64,000 bases of DNA. Source: Pseudomonadota bacterium. Its GTDB lineage: Bacteria; Pseudomonadota; Alphaproteobacteria; Rhodobacterales; Rhodobacteraceae. The notes beneath the pieces were generated by a model. The model made no database searches and was not told where the DNA came from. It worked only from the letters and a program-made list of their open reading frames with translations. The position numbers were made by a program, and so were the translations under genes. Below are positions 31,058 through 40,656 of this stretch, in pieces (positions within the stretch are counted from its first letter, which is position 1; each line of letters begins with the position of its first letter). The stretch spans positions 3,091 through 67,090 of the forward strand of contig JBCDLX010000022.1 in assembly GCA_038744785.1 (NCBI GenBank), written 5' to 3'.

Positions 31058-31774
31058 ATGCGGTGGATCACCCTTTTTCTTGCTCTCTCGACCCCGTCTT
31101 TGGCCGAGACACCACGCCCGCCCATGGTGCCGCTCGAAGCGCATCCCGACTGGGCGGCCATCGGGCGCGTCAATGTCACAGGCTATCGCCGTCGATCGGC
31201 CTGCACAGGCACACTTGTGTCGCCCAATCGCGTCGTAACAGCGGCGCATTGCCTGTTTCGCGATGGCGAACCGGCGCGCGTAGAGGACATTCGGTTCGCG
31301 GCCGGCTGGTTTCGGGGAACACCCGCCGCAGTCGGGCGAGTGACGTCGGTCGACTTTCCGGGTCTCTGGTCACCCGGGGCGCCTGCTACGGCGGACACCA
31401 TTGCGTCAGACGTTGCAATCCTGACCCTGAGTGACCCGATCACTGACGTCGAGCCTCTGCCCGTTTCCAAAGGCGATGGTGGCGAGATGCGCATTATCGG
31501 CTACCGCTGGGACAGGCCGCACGCCCTAACCGACCACACACCCTGCATTGGCACTGCCCGGTTTGCGCCTGCCTTGGGACTGACCTGTCGGGTCGTTTCG
31601 GGCACATCCGGCGCCCCTGTCTTGACGCTGGAGGACGGTGCGTGGGCGGTGATGGGTGTCACCAGCGCGCGCGCCGACGGCATAACACTTGCCGCCCCGA
31701 TCTCGCGTCAAAGCATTTCGCGCTCGCAAACGCCCGGCATAGAGTCCGCGTCAACGCCAATGCGCCGCGACTAA
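31058..31774 (+). CDS. Secreted trypsin-like serine protease
   Basis: Signal peptide; CTGTL..VVTAAHC (His), DVAIL (Asp), GTSGAP (Ser). Confidence 0.85.
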   Translation: MRWITLFLALSTPSLAETPRPPMVPLEAHPDWAAIGRVNVTGYRRRSACTGTLVSPNRVVTAAHCLFRDGEPARVEDIRFAAGWFRGTPAAVGRVTSVDFPGLWSPGAPATADTIASDVAILTLSDPITDVEPLPVSKGDGGEMRIIGYRWDRPHALTDHTPCIGTARFAPALGLTCRVVSGTSGAPVLTLEDGAWAVMGVTSARADGITLAAPISRQSISRSQTPGIESASTPMRRD

Positions 31775-31784
31775 AGCGATCTTG

Positions 31785-32381
31785 TCACGCGACCCTCAAT
31801 GCTTCGATATCAATGGCGATATCTTCGGCCAATTCGCGCACGCGGTTCGCTGCGTCACTCCTTTGGGCGTAGGCGCGCAGACCGAAAATCTCGGCCTGAA
31901 GGCGTCGGGCAAGTCTCTCGGGATCGGCATCGGCGGCAATTTCGCCTTGTGTTTTTGCCGCCTTAAAGCGGTCGGCGAACCCTGTCTCCACCCGTCGGAT
32001 CAGATCCTCGGCAGCACGCCGCAGCGCGGGGTCATCCTCAGGCGTCTCAAGCACGGTTTTGACCAGCATACAGGCACGTGACGGTGCGTCGTGGTCGCAT
32101 ATGCCGCCCAAAGACCGCACGTGGGCTGCGAGCCCATCAAGCGGCGAAGCGTGTTCTTCCTGAATGCGGTCGAACTCACGCCCTGAGGCTTCGGCATAAA
32201 GCGCCAGCGCCTCAGCAAACAGCTTCTCTTTCGATCCGAAGGCTGCGTAGATGGAACCCGGACGCATATCAAGCGCCGCCTCAAGATCCTTAAGCGACGT
32301 GGCGTGATAGCCCTTCTCCCAAAACAGATCGCGTGCCCGGCCCAGGACCTCAACGCGATCATATGCCGCCGTTCTTGCCAT
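31785..32381 (-). CDS. TetR/AcrR-family regulator
   Basis: LFWEKGYHATS..DL, GSIYAAFGSKEKLF, CMLV. Confidence 0.92.
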   Translation of the reverse strand: MARTAAYDRVEVLGRARDLFWEKGYHATSLKDLEAALDMRPGSIYAAFGSKEKLFAEALALYAEASGREFDRIQEEHASPLDGLAAHVRSLGGICDHDAPSRACMLVKTVLETPEDDPALRRAAEDLIRRVETGFADRFKAAKTQGEIAADADPERLARRLQAEIFGLRAYAQRSDAANRVRELAEDIAIDIEALRVA

Positions 32382-32408
32382 GCGCTTCCCTTTCTCACGC
32401 GCTCACGC

Positions 32409-32490
32409 TTGAGTGACTGTTCAAATATATACTTGAATGATTGCTCAAGTAAAGCTATGTCGCCTTCACGGAATTTGAGTGATCGCTCAA
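32409..32490. promoter_or_regulatory. Three 16-bp imperfect palindromes, probable TetR operators
   Basis: TTGAGTGACTGTTCAA 32409-24, TTGAATGATTGCTCAA 32433-48, TTGAGTGATCGCTCAA 32475-90, in the divergent intergenic region. Confidence 0.75.
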
Positions 32491-32521
32491 ATATGGGCGC
32501 AAACCAGAAGGAATCAAAGAT

Positions 32522-33079
32522 ATGGCCGACTTCACACTGCACACCGAAGACACTGCTCCGGAAGAAAGCAAGCCGCTTATTGAGAAATCGAAGGCCGCCT
32601 TCGGTCGTCTGCCCGGCCTTCACGCCGTCATGGCCGAGGCGCCAGGACTGCTTGAGGGATATCAGATCCTGCACAACCTCTTTCAGACCAAGACAAGCTT
32701 TGACAAAGACGAATTGACCGTGGTCTGGCAGACCATCAACGTCGAGCACGAATGCCATTACTGCGTTCCCGCACACACCGGCATCGCCAAGATGATGAAG
32801 GTGGACGACGCGATCATCGAAGCACTGCGGAACGAAACCCCGCTGCCTTCCGACAGGCTCGAAGCGCTGCGTACCTTTACGCTCGCAATCGTGCGCAAGC
32901 GCGGCAACGTCGACGAGGATGACCTAAACGCCTTCTTCGAAGCGGGTTATGAAAACCGCCAGGTTCTAGAGATCATTCTGGGTCTCGCCCAAAAAGTGAT
33001 GTCGAACTACACCAACCACATCGCCGAGACACCGATCGACGCCGTGTTTAGACCGCTCGAGTGGCAAAAAGCAGCCTGA
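32522..33079 (+). CDS. Carboxymuconolactone decarboxylase / AhpD-like peroxidase
   Basis: FG.LP.L..VMA, ECHYCVPAH CxxC, SNYTNH. Confidence 0.85.
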   Translation: MADFTLHTEDTAPEESKPLIEKSKAAFGRLPGLHAVMAEAPGLLEGYQILHNLFQTKTSFDKDELTVVWQTINVEHECHYCVPAHTGIAKMMKVDDAIIEALRNETPLPSDRLEALRTFTLAIVRKRGNVDEDDLNAFFEAGYENRQVLEIILGLAQKVMSNYTNHIAETPIDAVFRPLEWQKAA

Positions 33080-33101
33080 GCGGCGGGCTCTAGTTACCGA
33101 G

Positions 33102-33127
33102 AAGGCCGGACAGTCGTCCGGCCTTTT
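33102..33127. terminator. Intrinsic terminator hairpin between convergent genes
   Basis: AAGGCCGGAC-AGTC-GTCCGGCCTT perfect 10-bp stem ending in TTTT. Confidence 0.75.
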
Positions 33128-33129
33128 CC

Positions 33130-33894
33130 TTACTCCCCGGGCACCACACCCAAGTGCCGGCGCCGTTCTTCGGGGCGATTGCCAAGGTCGGGCACCTCTG
33201 GCGGGAATATCTCGACCAGATCCTCGCGCAATCGCGACATTTGCGAACGCACCACGTCCTCTTCGATGTCGACCTCGTTCATGAGCCGCCGAAGCTCCGC
33301 CGTTGCCGTGTGGGCTTTGGTAATCCTGCGCGAAAGCTCTTCCGCTTCATGTTGTCGCAAGGACAGATGTTCCTTCGCCCGCGCAATGCGTTCATCACTG
33401 TAAATCCTTGCAAGCTCACGTGATTCGCTGCCCATTTGAGCTGCAAGCTCCAACAGATCATTGTCCAGATCCTCAAGATCCGGGTGGTTTCGAAGAAACC
33501 GCAAACGTTCGCGGACGGCGTCATATTCGCGCTTCAGCTTGAAAACACCAGTCCTGTCAGCCGCATGCGCCGCCCAATAGGCACGGGCTACGTCCTCCAT
33601 CCGCAATGAAAAGTCCCGATGGGTGGCTTCAAGCCGCATAACTCGAACCGCAGACGGCAAAAATGCGCATAAAAGCAGCATGATAGCTGTCAAACCGATT
33701 TGCATGGCCATCCCGGCGTGGGCCGGCTCGTATGGACCGAACCTGACGGCAACCTCCATCCAAGGCAGAACGCCCGCTGCCGCCAATCCGGTCGTCGCGA
33801 CGGCCAGAACGGCCCCCAGCGCGACCAGCGCCATCGCCACGACCTGTGACCAATTCTGAAACCGCGCCCACGTGGCGCCCGAAAAATCTGACAT
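33130..33894 (-). CDS. Conserved Rhodobacteraceae membrane/coiled-coil hypothetical protein
   Basis: Two N-terminal TMs; DVARAY.AAHAADR.G.F, RERL..LR.HPDL, AAQM..ESRELA..YSDE motifs. Confidence 0.75.
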   Translation of the reverse strand: MSDFSGATWARFQNWSQVVAMALVALGAVLAVATTGLAAAGVLPWMEVAVRFGPYEPAHAGMAMQIGLTAIMLLLCAFLPSAVRVMRLEATHRDFSLRMEDVARAYWAAHAADRTGVFKLKREYDAVRERLRFLRNHPDLEDLDNDLLELAAQMGSESRELARIYSDERIARAKEHLSLRQHEAEELSRRITKAHTATAELRRLMNEVDIEEDVVRSQMSRLREDLVEIFPPEVPDLGNRPEERRRHLGVVPGE

Positions 33895-34119
33895 CGCCTC
33901 CCCCACCGAAAGCCAGCCCCCACACGCGCGTCAAAACCGCGTCAAGACGCCCATACTATAGCACAGGCGGGTTTCTGCCGATGCAAAGATTTTCCTCGAA
34001 CAATGTGTTGACAAGTCCGAGAGCGCCACGCGCGCGCACCAAATGGAATCTGGCGGTTTCACAGCCTGCAAAAATCCGCCATAGCAGCGCGTAAAGACCA
34101 AGAGACAAGGACCGGTCCC

Positions 34120-35412
34120 ATGCACGACATTCGCGCGATCCGCGAAAACCCCGATACCTTCGACGCTCAGATGGCGCGGCGCGGGCTTTCGGGTGTGTCG
34201 TCGCACGCCTTGGAGATCGATCAGGCACGGCGCAGCAAGATCGCGGCCGCAGAGACCGCCCTTGCCGAACGAAACGCAGCCTCTAAGAACGTCGGCGCCG
34301 CCAAGGCCAGAGGAGACGAGGCCGAATTCGAACGGCTGCGCACCTTGGTTGCCAAAAAGAAGAATGAAATCAGCTATCTCGAAGACGAAGCGAAGGTTGA
34401 AGATACGCGGCTTACGGCGTATCTGATGGAGCTCCCGAACGCGCCGCTTGATGACGTCCCAGATGGCGCGGACGAAGACGACAATGTCGAACTGCGCCGC
34501 TGGGGCACGCCGCCGGTGTTCGATTTCGCGCCCAGGGAACATTACGACCTCCCCGCGGCGCAGAAGGGCATGGATTTTGAAACAGCGGCCAAGCTGTCCG
34601 GATCGCGCTTTGTCATACTGCGCGGTGCAATCGCGCGGCTTCATCGCGTGCTGGCCCAGTTTATGTTGGACGTGCACACCACGGAAAACGGACTGACGGA
34701 AACGAACACGCCCGTTCTGGTGCGCGACGAGGCCATGCTGGGCACCGGCCAGTTGCCAAAATTCGCGGACGACAGTTATCGGACGACGAACGGCTGGTGG
34801 TTGATCCCCACCTCAGAAGTGACGCTGACCAATACCGTCGCGGGCGCAATCCTGGACGAAGCCGATCTGCCCGTCCGCCTGACCGCCCATTCGCTCTGCT
34901 TCCGGTCCGAGGCCGGATCGGCGGGCAAAGATACCGCCGGGATGTTGCGCCAGCATCAATTCGAGAAAGTCGAAATGGTGTCCGTGACCCATCCGGACGC
35001 GTCCCTGGGCGAGCTTGACCGCATGACCCGCTGCGCCGAAGACATCCTTGAACGCTTGGGCCTGCCCTATCGCACTATGGTTCTATCGACGGGCGATATG
35101 GGATTTGGCGCGCGCCGCACCCATGACATCGAAGTTTGGCTGCCCGGGCAAGACACATACCGCGAGATTAGCTCTTGCTCCGTATGCGGGGATTTTCAGG
35201 CGCGCCGGATGAATGCGCGGTTCCGTCCCGAAAGTGGCGGCAAGCCCGAATTCGTGCATACGCTGAACGGCTCGGGGCTTGCTGTCGGGCGCTGCCTGAT
35301 CGCGGTTCTTGAGAACGGCCAGCAAGCCGATGGCTCGGTGGATCTGCCACCGGCACTTCACGCTTACTTGGGCGGCAAGACCCGGCTCACCGCAGACGGC
35401 ACCTTCGCGTAA
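34120..35412 (+). CDS. serS: Serine--tRNA ligase
   Basis: [51 protein letters not shown]. Confidence 0.98.
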   Translation: MHDIRAIRENPDTFDAQMARRGLSGVSSHALEIDQARRSKIAAAETALAERNAASKNVGAAKARGDEAEFERLRTLVAKKKNEISYLEDEAKVEDTRLTAYLMELPNAPLDDVPDGADEDDNVELRRWGTPPVFDFAPREHYDLPAAQKGMDFETAAKLSGSRFVILRGAIARLHRVLAQFMLDVHTTENGLTETNTPVLVRDEAMLGTGQLPKFADDSYRTTNGWWLIPTSEVTLTNTVAGAILDEADLPVRLTAHSLCFRSEAGSAGKDTAGMLRQHQFEKVEMVSVTHPDASLGELDRMTRCAEDILERLGLPYRTMVLSTGDMGFGARRTHDIEVWLPGQDTYREISSCSVCGDFQARRMNARFRPESGGKPEFVHTLNGSGLAVGRCLIAVLENGQQADGSVDLPPALHAYLGGKTRLTADGTFA

Positions 35413-35492
35413 CTGAGCAGCGCACCAATTTGTTCAAAGAAATTTGTGCGCTGTGTACTAGAATCCCATTCAAGCGGATCTAGGAGGTATAT

Positions 35493-37325
35493 GTGCGGAT
35501 CACAGGGGTTTTGTTGGCGGCGCTTCTCGCGGCGCCTGCGCATGCGCAGGAAACGATCACCAGCCACGGCATTTCAGCATTTGGCGAGCTTAAGTATCCA
35601 CCCGATTTCGCGCATTTCGATTACGTGAACCCCGAAGCGCCGCAAGGCGGCACGATGAGTTTTCGTGGTCAAGGCGCCTCGCGCACATTCGACAGTCTGA
35701 ACCGGTTCATCCTGAAAGGTGAACCCGCACAGGGGCTGGATTTGCTGTACGACAGCCTTCTTGTGCGCGCCTATGACGAGCCAGACGCTGTCTATGGTCA
35801 GATCGCCGAGAGCATCGAATACCCCGAAGATCGCGCTTGGGTGATCTTCAACCTTCGCCCCGAAGCCCGTTTCTCGGACGGAAAACCGATCACTGCCGAA
35901 GATGTCAAGTTCACAATAGATATCCTTCAACAAGAAGGCGCACCGCTCTACGTCAATGACGTCAAGGATGTCGCGTCGGTCGAGGTGCTGTCACCCGCCC
36001 AGGCCAAGGTGACGTTTAAGGACAGCGTCGCGACCCGTGACTTGATCTCGACAGTCGGTCAGCTCGAAATTCTGCCGAAGCACTACTACGAAATCGTCGA
36101 CTTCACCCGGTCGACAATGGAGGCCCCGGTCGGATCGGGCGGGTATCGGGTGTTCAAGGCAGATCCCGGCCGATCGGTCACGTATTGCAAGGTCAGGGAC
36201 TATTGGGGCGCGGCGCTTCCGGTCAACATAGGCCAGGATAACTTCGAGTGCGTTCGATATGAGTATTTCGCGGACTCGACTGCTGCCTTTGAGGCCCTTA
36301 AGGCCGGCGAGTACCTGTTCCACGAGGAGAATTTTTCAAAGATTTGGGCCACCGAATATGACTTTCCCGCACTCGACAGGGGCTGGGTGATCCAGGATGT
36401 CATCTCGGATGGGCGTCCGTCAGGCGCGCAGGGGTTCTGGATGAACCTGCGCCGCCCAATCCTTCAGGACCCGCGTGTGCGCGAAGCGCTTGGAATGATG
36501 TTCAATTTCGAATGGTCGAATGAGACGCTGTTCTATGGCGCCTATGGCCGGACCGACAGCTTCTTTGAAAACTCCGACATGCAGGCAGAGGGCGTGCCGA
36601 CAGGCGACGAGCTGGCGGTGCTCGAGGAGTTTAGCGACAGCCTGCCGTCAGAGATTTTCACCGAACCCGCCTTTGTTCCCAATGTCTCTTCAAACCGCCC
36701 TCTCGACAGAAGTGCCCTGCGGGCAGCGGGTGCTTTGCTTGACGCTGCGGGATGGACGGTTGGCGATGACGGCCTTCGCCGGAACGCCGACGGCAGGGTT
36801 TTGGAGATTAGTTTCCCCTATGACAGTCCGGCGTTCGAACGGATTATTCTGCCTTACGTTGCCAATCTTGAACGTCTTGGCGTGGTCGCCAACAGCCAGC
36901 TGATCGATCCCGCTCAGATGGAAGAGCGGCAGGAAAACTTCGACTATGACATCACCATCGCCCGCCTGGTGCCAAGTCCCAGCCCGGCAATTGAACTTCG
37001 GGTGATCTACGGGTCCGAGAATGCCGACGCACCGGGGAGCTTTAACCTGTCAGGCCTTGCGGACCCCGTGGTCGATGGGTTGATCGAGATGATCGTTGGT
37101 GCCGAAACGCGTGGCCAGCTTGTAACCCGGATCAAGGCGCTCGACCGGGTCCTTCGTGCGCAGCATATATGGGTGTCGAACTGGACCAAGGGCGCGCACT
37201 GGCTGGCCTATTGGGACGTATTCGGTCGCCCAGAAACTAAACCGCCGTTTATTCGCGGCGATCGATACTGGTGGTTCGATCAAGCAAAGTTCGATGCTTT
37301 GCAGGACCAGGGCGCGTTGCGCTGA
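35493..37325 (+). CDS. Family-5 extracellular solute-binding protein (YejA-like)
   Basis: SHG.S.FG.LKYP.DF.HFDYVNP.AP.GG, FDSLN.FILKG, FNFEW.N. Confidence 0.9.
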   Translation: MRITGVLLAALLAAPAHAQETITSHGISAFGELKYPPDFAHFDYVNPEAPQGGTMSFRGQGASRTFDSLNRFILKGEPAQGLDLLYDSLLVRAYDEPDAVYGQIAESIEYPEDRAWVIFNLRPEARFSDGKPITAEDVKFTIDILQQEGAPLYVNDVKDVASVEVLSPAQAKVTFKDSVATRDLISTVGQLEILPKHYYEIVDFTRSTMEAPVGSGGYRVFKADPGRSVTYCKVRDYWGAALPVNIGQDNFECVRYEYFADSTAAFEALKAGEYLFHEENFSKIWATEYDFPALDRGWVIQDVISDGRPSGAQGFWMNLRRPILQDPRVREALGMMFNFEWSNETLFYGAYGRTDSFFENSDMQAEGVPTGDELAVLEEFSDSLPSEIFTEPAFVPNVSSNRPLDRSALRAAGALLDAAGWTVGDDGLRRNADGRVLEISFPYDSPAFERIILPYVANLERLGVVANSQLIDPAQMEERQENFDYDITIARLVPSPSPAIELRVIYGSENADAPGSFNLSGLADPVVDGLIEMIVGAETRGQLVTRIKALDRVLRAQHIWVSNWTKGAHWLAYWDVFGRPETKPPFIRGDRYWWFDQAKFDALQDQGALR

Positions 37326-37453
37326 CGCCCTTGCACCTGGCCCGTTGCATGGGCTGGCGACGATCCTTCGTAAGGTTCTGCGGCAGGTGGAAAAGACAAA
37401 CTGACGCTGGGGGTCAAGGGCACATGACCAACCGGTAAGCCTGTGGGGCAGTC

Positions 37454-38455
37454 TTACTCTGCCGGGACTGCAGACACGGCCGTTTGCCGCGCTTTGGGGA
37501 ACGGCACCAGCTTTTGCGCATCTTCATCCCAAAGTTTGAGCGAGAAACTCCTTAACGCCTCGGGCCAATGGATCACCTTGGTGTCGGGAAGGACGCCCTG
37601 CGCCCGAAGGTCGTTGTGGCATTTCCGAAGCCGATAGCTTGGGATGCGTGGATTTAGGTGGTGGATGTCATGATAGGCGATGTTGCCGGTACCAAGATCC
37701 CACCACCATCCAAGATCAAGACAGGACGATCCCTTGATCACGGCGGTCTCGAAATCCAGCTCCGGTTTGTGCGCCCAGTGCGTATCTTCGAAGTTATGCT
37801 GCAAGTAGACCAGAAACACGCCGATCCATGTCGAAAGGATTGCCGTAGCGATCAATGTCGCAAGTCCGGGCCATCCAAAGCCAAAGAACATGCCCCCGAA
37901 GAAGCCCAGCACCAGAAGGTTGTGGATGGCGAGCCCGCGCCAGCCGACATGACCGGCATTCTTGGGCCAACGGTAGCGAAGGAAATAGGTCCATAGACCG
38001 CCCACTGGTATCATAATGAGCGGGTTGCGATACAATCTGTACCACAGGCGCGTCTTCCACGGTGCAGCCTCCCACTCGGCGACAGTCATCGTGTGCACCT
38101 CTCCGGTTTCCCGGTTGTCAAGGTTCCCGACATTCGCGTGGTGTAGATTGTGGTTATACTGCATGGCGCGAAACGGCGTCAGCGTCACAACCGAAAGCCC
38201 ATAGCCTGCCCAGATGTTTCCCCACCGGGTCGAGAACAGCGAAAAATGGCCGGTATCGTGCTGAAGGACGTACAGCCGAACCCCGGCAAAGGCACAAACC
38301 ACGACCAATGGCGCCATAGCAAGCCATTGGCCCCAAAGCGATGTTGCGCCAATGAGCGTTGCGAAGAACACGGCATACGTGCCAAAATAGCTGACTGACG
38401 CCATGGTATCGCTTTTTTTGCAATAACTTAGTGTCGCGTTCTTGATGCGTGACAT
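37454..38455 (-). CDS. Membrane fatty acid desaturase
   Basis: Three His boxes HDTGH, HNLHH, HDIHH plus YLQHNF. Confidence 0.9.
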   Translation of the reverse strand: MSRIKNATLSYCKKSDTMASVSYFGTYAVFFATLIGATSLWGQWLAMAPLVVVCAFAGVRLYVLQHDTGHFSLFSTRWGNIWAGYGLSVVTLTPFRAMQYNHNLHHANVGNLDNRETGEVHTMTVAEWEAAPWKTRLWYRLYRNPLIMIPVGGLWTYFLRYRWPKNAGHVGWRGLAIHNLLVLGFFGGMFFGFGWPGLATLIATAILSTWIGVFLVYLQHNFEDTHWAHKPELDFETAVIKGSSCLDLGWWWDLGTGNIAYHDIHHLNPRIPSYRLRKCHNDLRAQGVLPDTKVIHWPEALRSFSLKLWDEDAQKLVPFPKARQTAVSAVPAE

Positions 38456-38561
38456 TCGCCCCTCATGCGCCCAGAATCGCCTCGTCGTGGCAGAATAACC
38501 GGGTCGGCGCGGAAGGCAAATGTACGGTTGCCGCAGGCGGAGTGACGCCTAATTCAGCTTT

Positions 38562-39320
38562 ATGTCCGATACACCTGCCACTCCGACAGCAACCGACCCG
38601 GCAATACAGAACGCCCGCCGAATGCGGTCCGCTCTTCTGCTTGCGGGCACCCTTGCTTTCGTGACGGCCCCGTTCTGGTCACCCGGCTTTGGCGGGTTCC
38701 GGGCCGATCAGTTTCCCATCCCGCAAGAGGACCCACCGGTGCAGCCTGCGGGATACGCGTTCGCGATTTGGAGCGCGATCTATCTTTGGCTTCTGGTCTC
38801 TGCGGTCTTTGGCTTGCTCAGACGCGCGGAAAACCCGGGGTGGGACGCCGTGCGGGTTCCGCTGACCATCAGCATGGCACTTGGTGCCCCATGGATCACT
38901 GTTGCAACGCTTAGCCCGGTTTGGGCCAGTGTACTGATCTTTGGAATGCTGATCTCGGCGCTTTGGGCGCTGCGGCGCGCCCCATCCGAAGACCGCTGGC
39001 TCTTGCGGGCGCCCCTTGGGCTTTACGCCGGATGGTTAACGGCAGCGAGCCTTGTGTCGGTCGGCCTGCTGGGCGCGGGCTACGGCATCGGTCCGGACGC
39101 GCTTGGCTGGGCCTGGGTGGTCGTGCTCACAGCGATTGTGGCCGGGGTCGCGCTGCAGCGGGCTTTGGCTGGCACGCCGCTTTACGCCGTTGGTGTCGCT
39201 TGGGCGCTGGCGGCTGTGGCCGCCCGGAATGTCGGCGACCAGATGCTGCTGGCTTTGCTTGCGGCGATTGGGGCCGCTGCGCTGTCCGCGGTCGCTTTCC
39301 AATCGACACGGCGCGGATAG
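38562..39320 (+). CDS. TspO/MBR-like tryptophan-rich membrane protein
   Basis: QPAGYAFAIW..IY.WL, P.GLYAGWLTAAS; about 8 TMs. Confidence 0.65.
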   Translation: MSDTPATPTATDPAIQNARRMRSALLLAGTLAFVTAPFWSPGFGGFRADQFPIPQEDPPVQPAGYAFAIWSAIYLWLLVSAVFGLLRRAENPGWDAVRVPLTISMALGAPWITVATLSPVWASVLIFGMLISALWALRRAPSEDRWLLRAPLGLYAGWLTAASLVSVGLLGAGYGIGPDALGWAWVVVLTAIVAGVALQRALAGTPLYAVGVAWALAAVAARNVGDQMLLALLAAIGAAALSAVAFQSTRRG

Positions 39321-39458
39321 ACGCGCCAAGCGCTCATGCGCTTTAGAATGGCAGTCTAGTACTCCAGTGTGGACCACCTCCTATTGCAACCAAACGATCG
39401 TTCAGAACCCAACGTCGGCCTTTATCGCAGCGCAGCAAGAAGGGTTTCGCGTCGAATT

Positions 39459-39917
39459 TCATTCGCGCACGAATTCGCGGAGGACCACAATGCTCTCGTA
39501 GCCTTGGATGGTCGGCTCGTAGAACTGTGCATCCGCAAAATCTGTGAACTCTTCCATCGATGGAAATTTCACGAAAAGCACAATATCATCCTCCCCTGTG
39601 ACCGAGAACATTCGGTCAACCTCGTCAAAGGCTAACAATTTGCGTGTGAGAACTTGCTTTCGCCTAGGGTCAAGTCGACTGATTGTGAGGAAGACAATAA
39701 TGGATATTGCGTTGGCCTGAAACTCGGGTGAAATCACTGCAACCTCGCGCTCGATCGCACCGATCTTTCGCAATCGCTGAACTCTCCTTAGGCACGCCGC
39801 CGAAGACAGACCAATCTGTTCAGAAAGCTGCTCGCCCGTTTGACGCGCGTTTTGTTTTAAACGCTCGAGGATTTTTTGATCAAAGCTATCAAGTTCGTCC
39901 GACCGACTTTTGCTCAT
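39459..39917 (-). CDS. Lrp/AsnC-family regulator
   Basis: LD.FD.KIL..L..NAR, IGLSSAACLRRVQRL, VTGEDD. Confidence 0.9.
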   Translation of the reverse strand: MSKSRSDELDSFDQKILERLKQNARQTGEQLSEQIGLSSAACLRRVQRLRKIGAIEREVAVISPEFQANAISIIVFLTISRLDPRRKQVLTRKLLAFDEVDRMFSVTGEDDIVLFVKFPSMEEFTDFADAQFYEPTIQGYESIVVLREFVRE

Positions 39918-40109
39918 TGAATTGACCTCCTGATCCTGCTCGCGCGAGATCTCCGCATTTTCCCCAAAACTTTGCGAAGCAGCAAACACATGTACGCCGT
40001 CTTTGCGACATTCGCGCCGCCTGGGCGCGTAGGTTTGAAACGCCAGCATAAACGCGCACCCCAAGACGCGCTCTCACCCACACAATCTATCTCAGCGATT
40101 GAGGACCCC

Positions 40110-40361
40110 ATGAAGAGACACTCAAAACTCCCTAGCGGTACAATCGGATCAGTACTTCCATCCTTAGTAAGGCGCCCCGCCAGAGGATGGCTCCACCGCG
40201 CCGCAGCAGCAATTCGGGAGTTTGATCGAATTCAGCGAGACTATGAACGATTACTCGAGATGCCGGATCACGTGCTCCAAGATATTGGATTGCAACGGTA
40301 CCAACTTGCTAAGGAGCTTCGAGCACATCGGAAACAATTGTTCTGGATCTCCGATCAATGA
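40110..40361 (+). CDS. DUF1127 (YjiS-like) small protein
   Basis: GAGG RBS; RDYERLLEMPDHVLQDIGL DUF1127-type motif. Confidence 0.75.
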   Translation: MKRHSKLPSGTIGSVLPSLVRRPARGWLHRAAAAIREFDRIQRDYERLLEMPDHVLQDIGLQRYQLAKELRAHRKQLFWISDQ

Positions 40362-40561
40362 AACGATTTTCAAAGTGGTTCGGCCGCGACACTCACCGCG
40401 CGCCCCAAGCGAAGCTTGGGCGACCGTCCCAAGACATCTCGGATGCTCTTTTGGAGCTTCAGCGCTTTACTGACCGCGAGTTGGCGGACGTTGCTCTCGC
40501 ACGGTCGGATTTGAGCGAGGAAGGTCTTAGGATAGCCGGCGACAAGAGACGAAGAAGGTGA
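40358..40561 (+). CDS. DUF1127-like small protein (second copy)
   Basis: ATGA overlap; ELQRFTDRELADVALARSDL resembles EL..L.DRELADIG..R.DI. Confidence 0.65.
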   Translation: MKRFSKWFGRDTHRAPQAKLGRPSQDISDALLELQRFTDRELADVALARSDLSEEGLRIAGDKRRRR

Positions 40562-40656
40562 ACGGGGGGCGTAAAAACTGCAACTTGGCACTTTCTCGGT
40601 GTTGCCTCCGTCCGCTTAACCGACGTGTAACCGAGTCCCTATGGCCCCAACTCCAC

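Noticed and set aside
33130-33894. DNA repair function for this conserved protein
   Set aside because: No nuclease, helicase or ATPase motif; only TM and coiled-coil features.
40562-40656. Cuckoo-type sRNA repeats after the DUF1127 genes
   Set aside because: Only one degenerate CCTCCGTCC; no repeated CCTCCTCCC hairpins.
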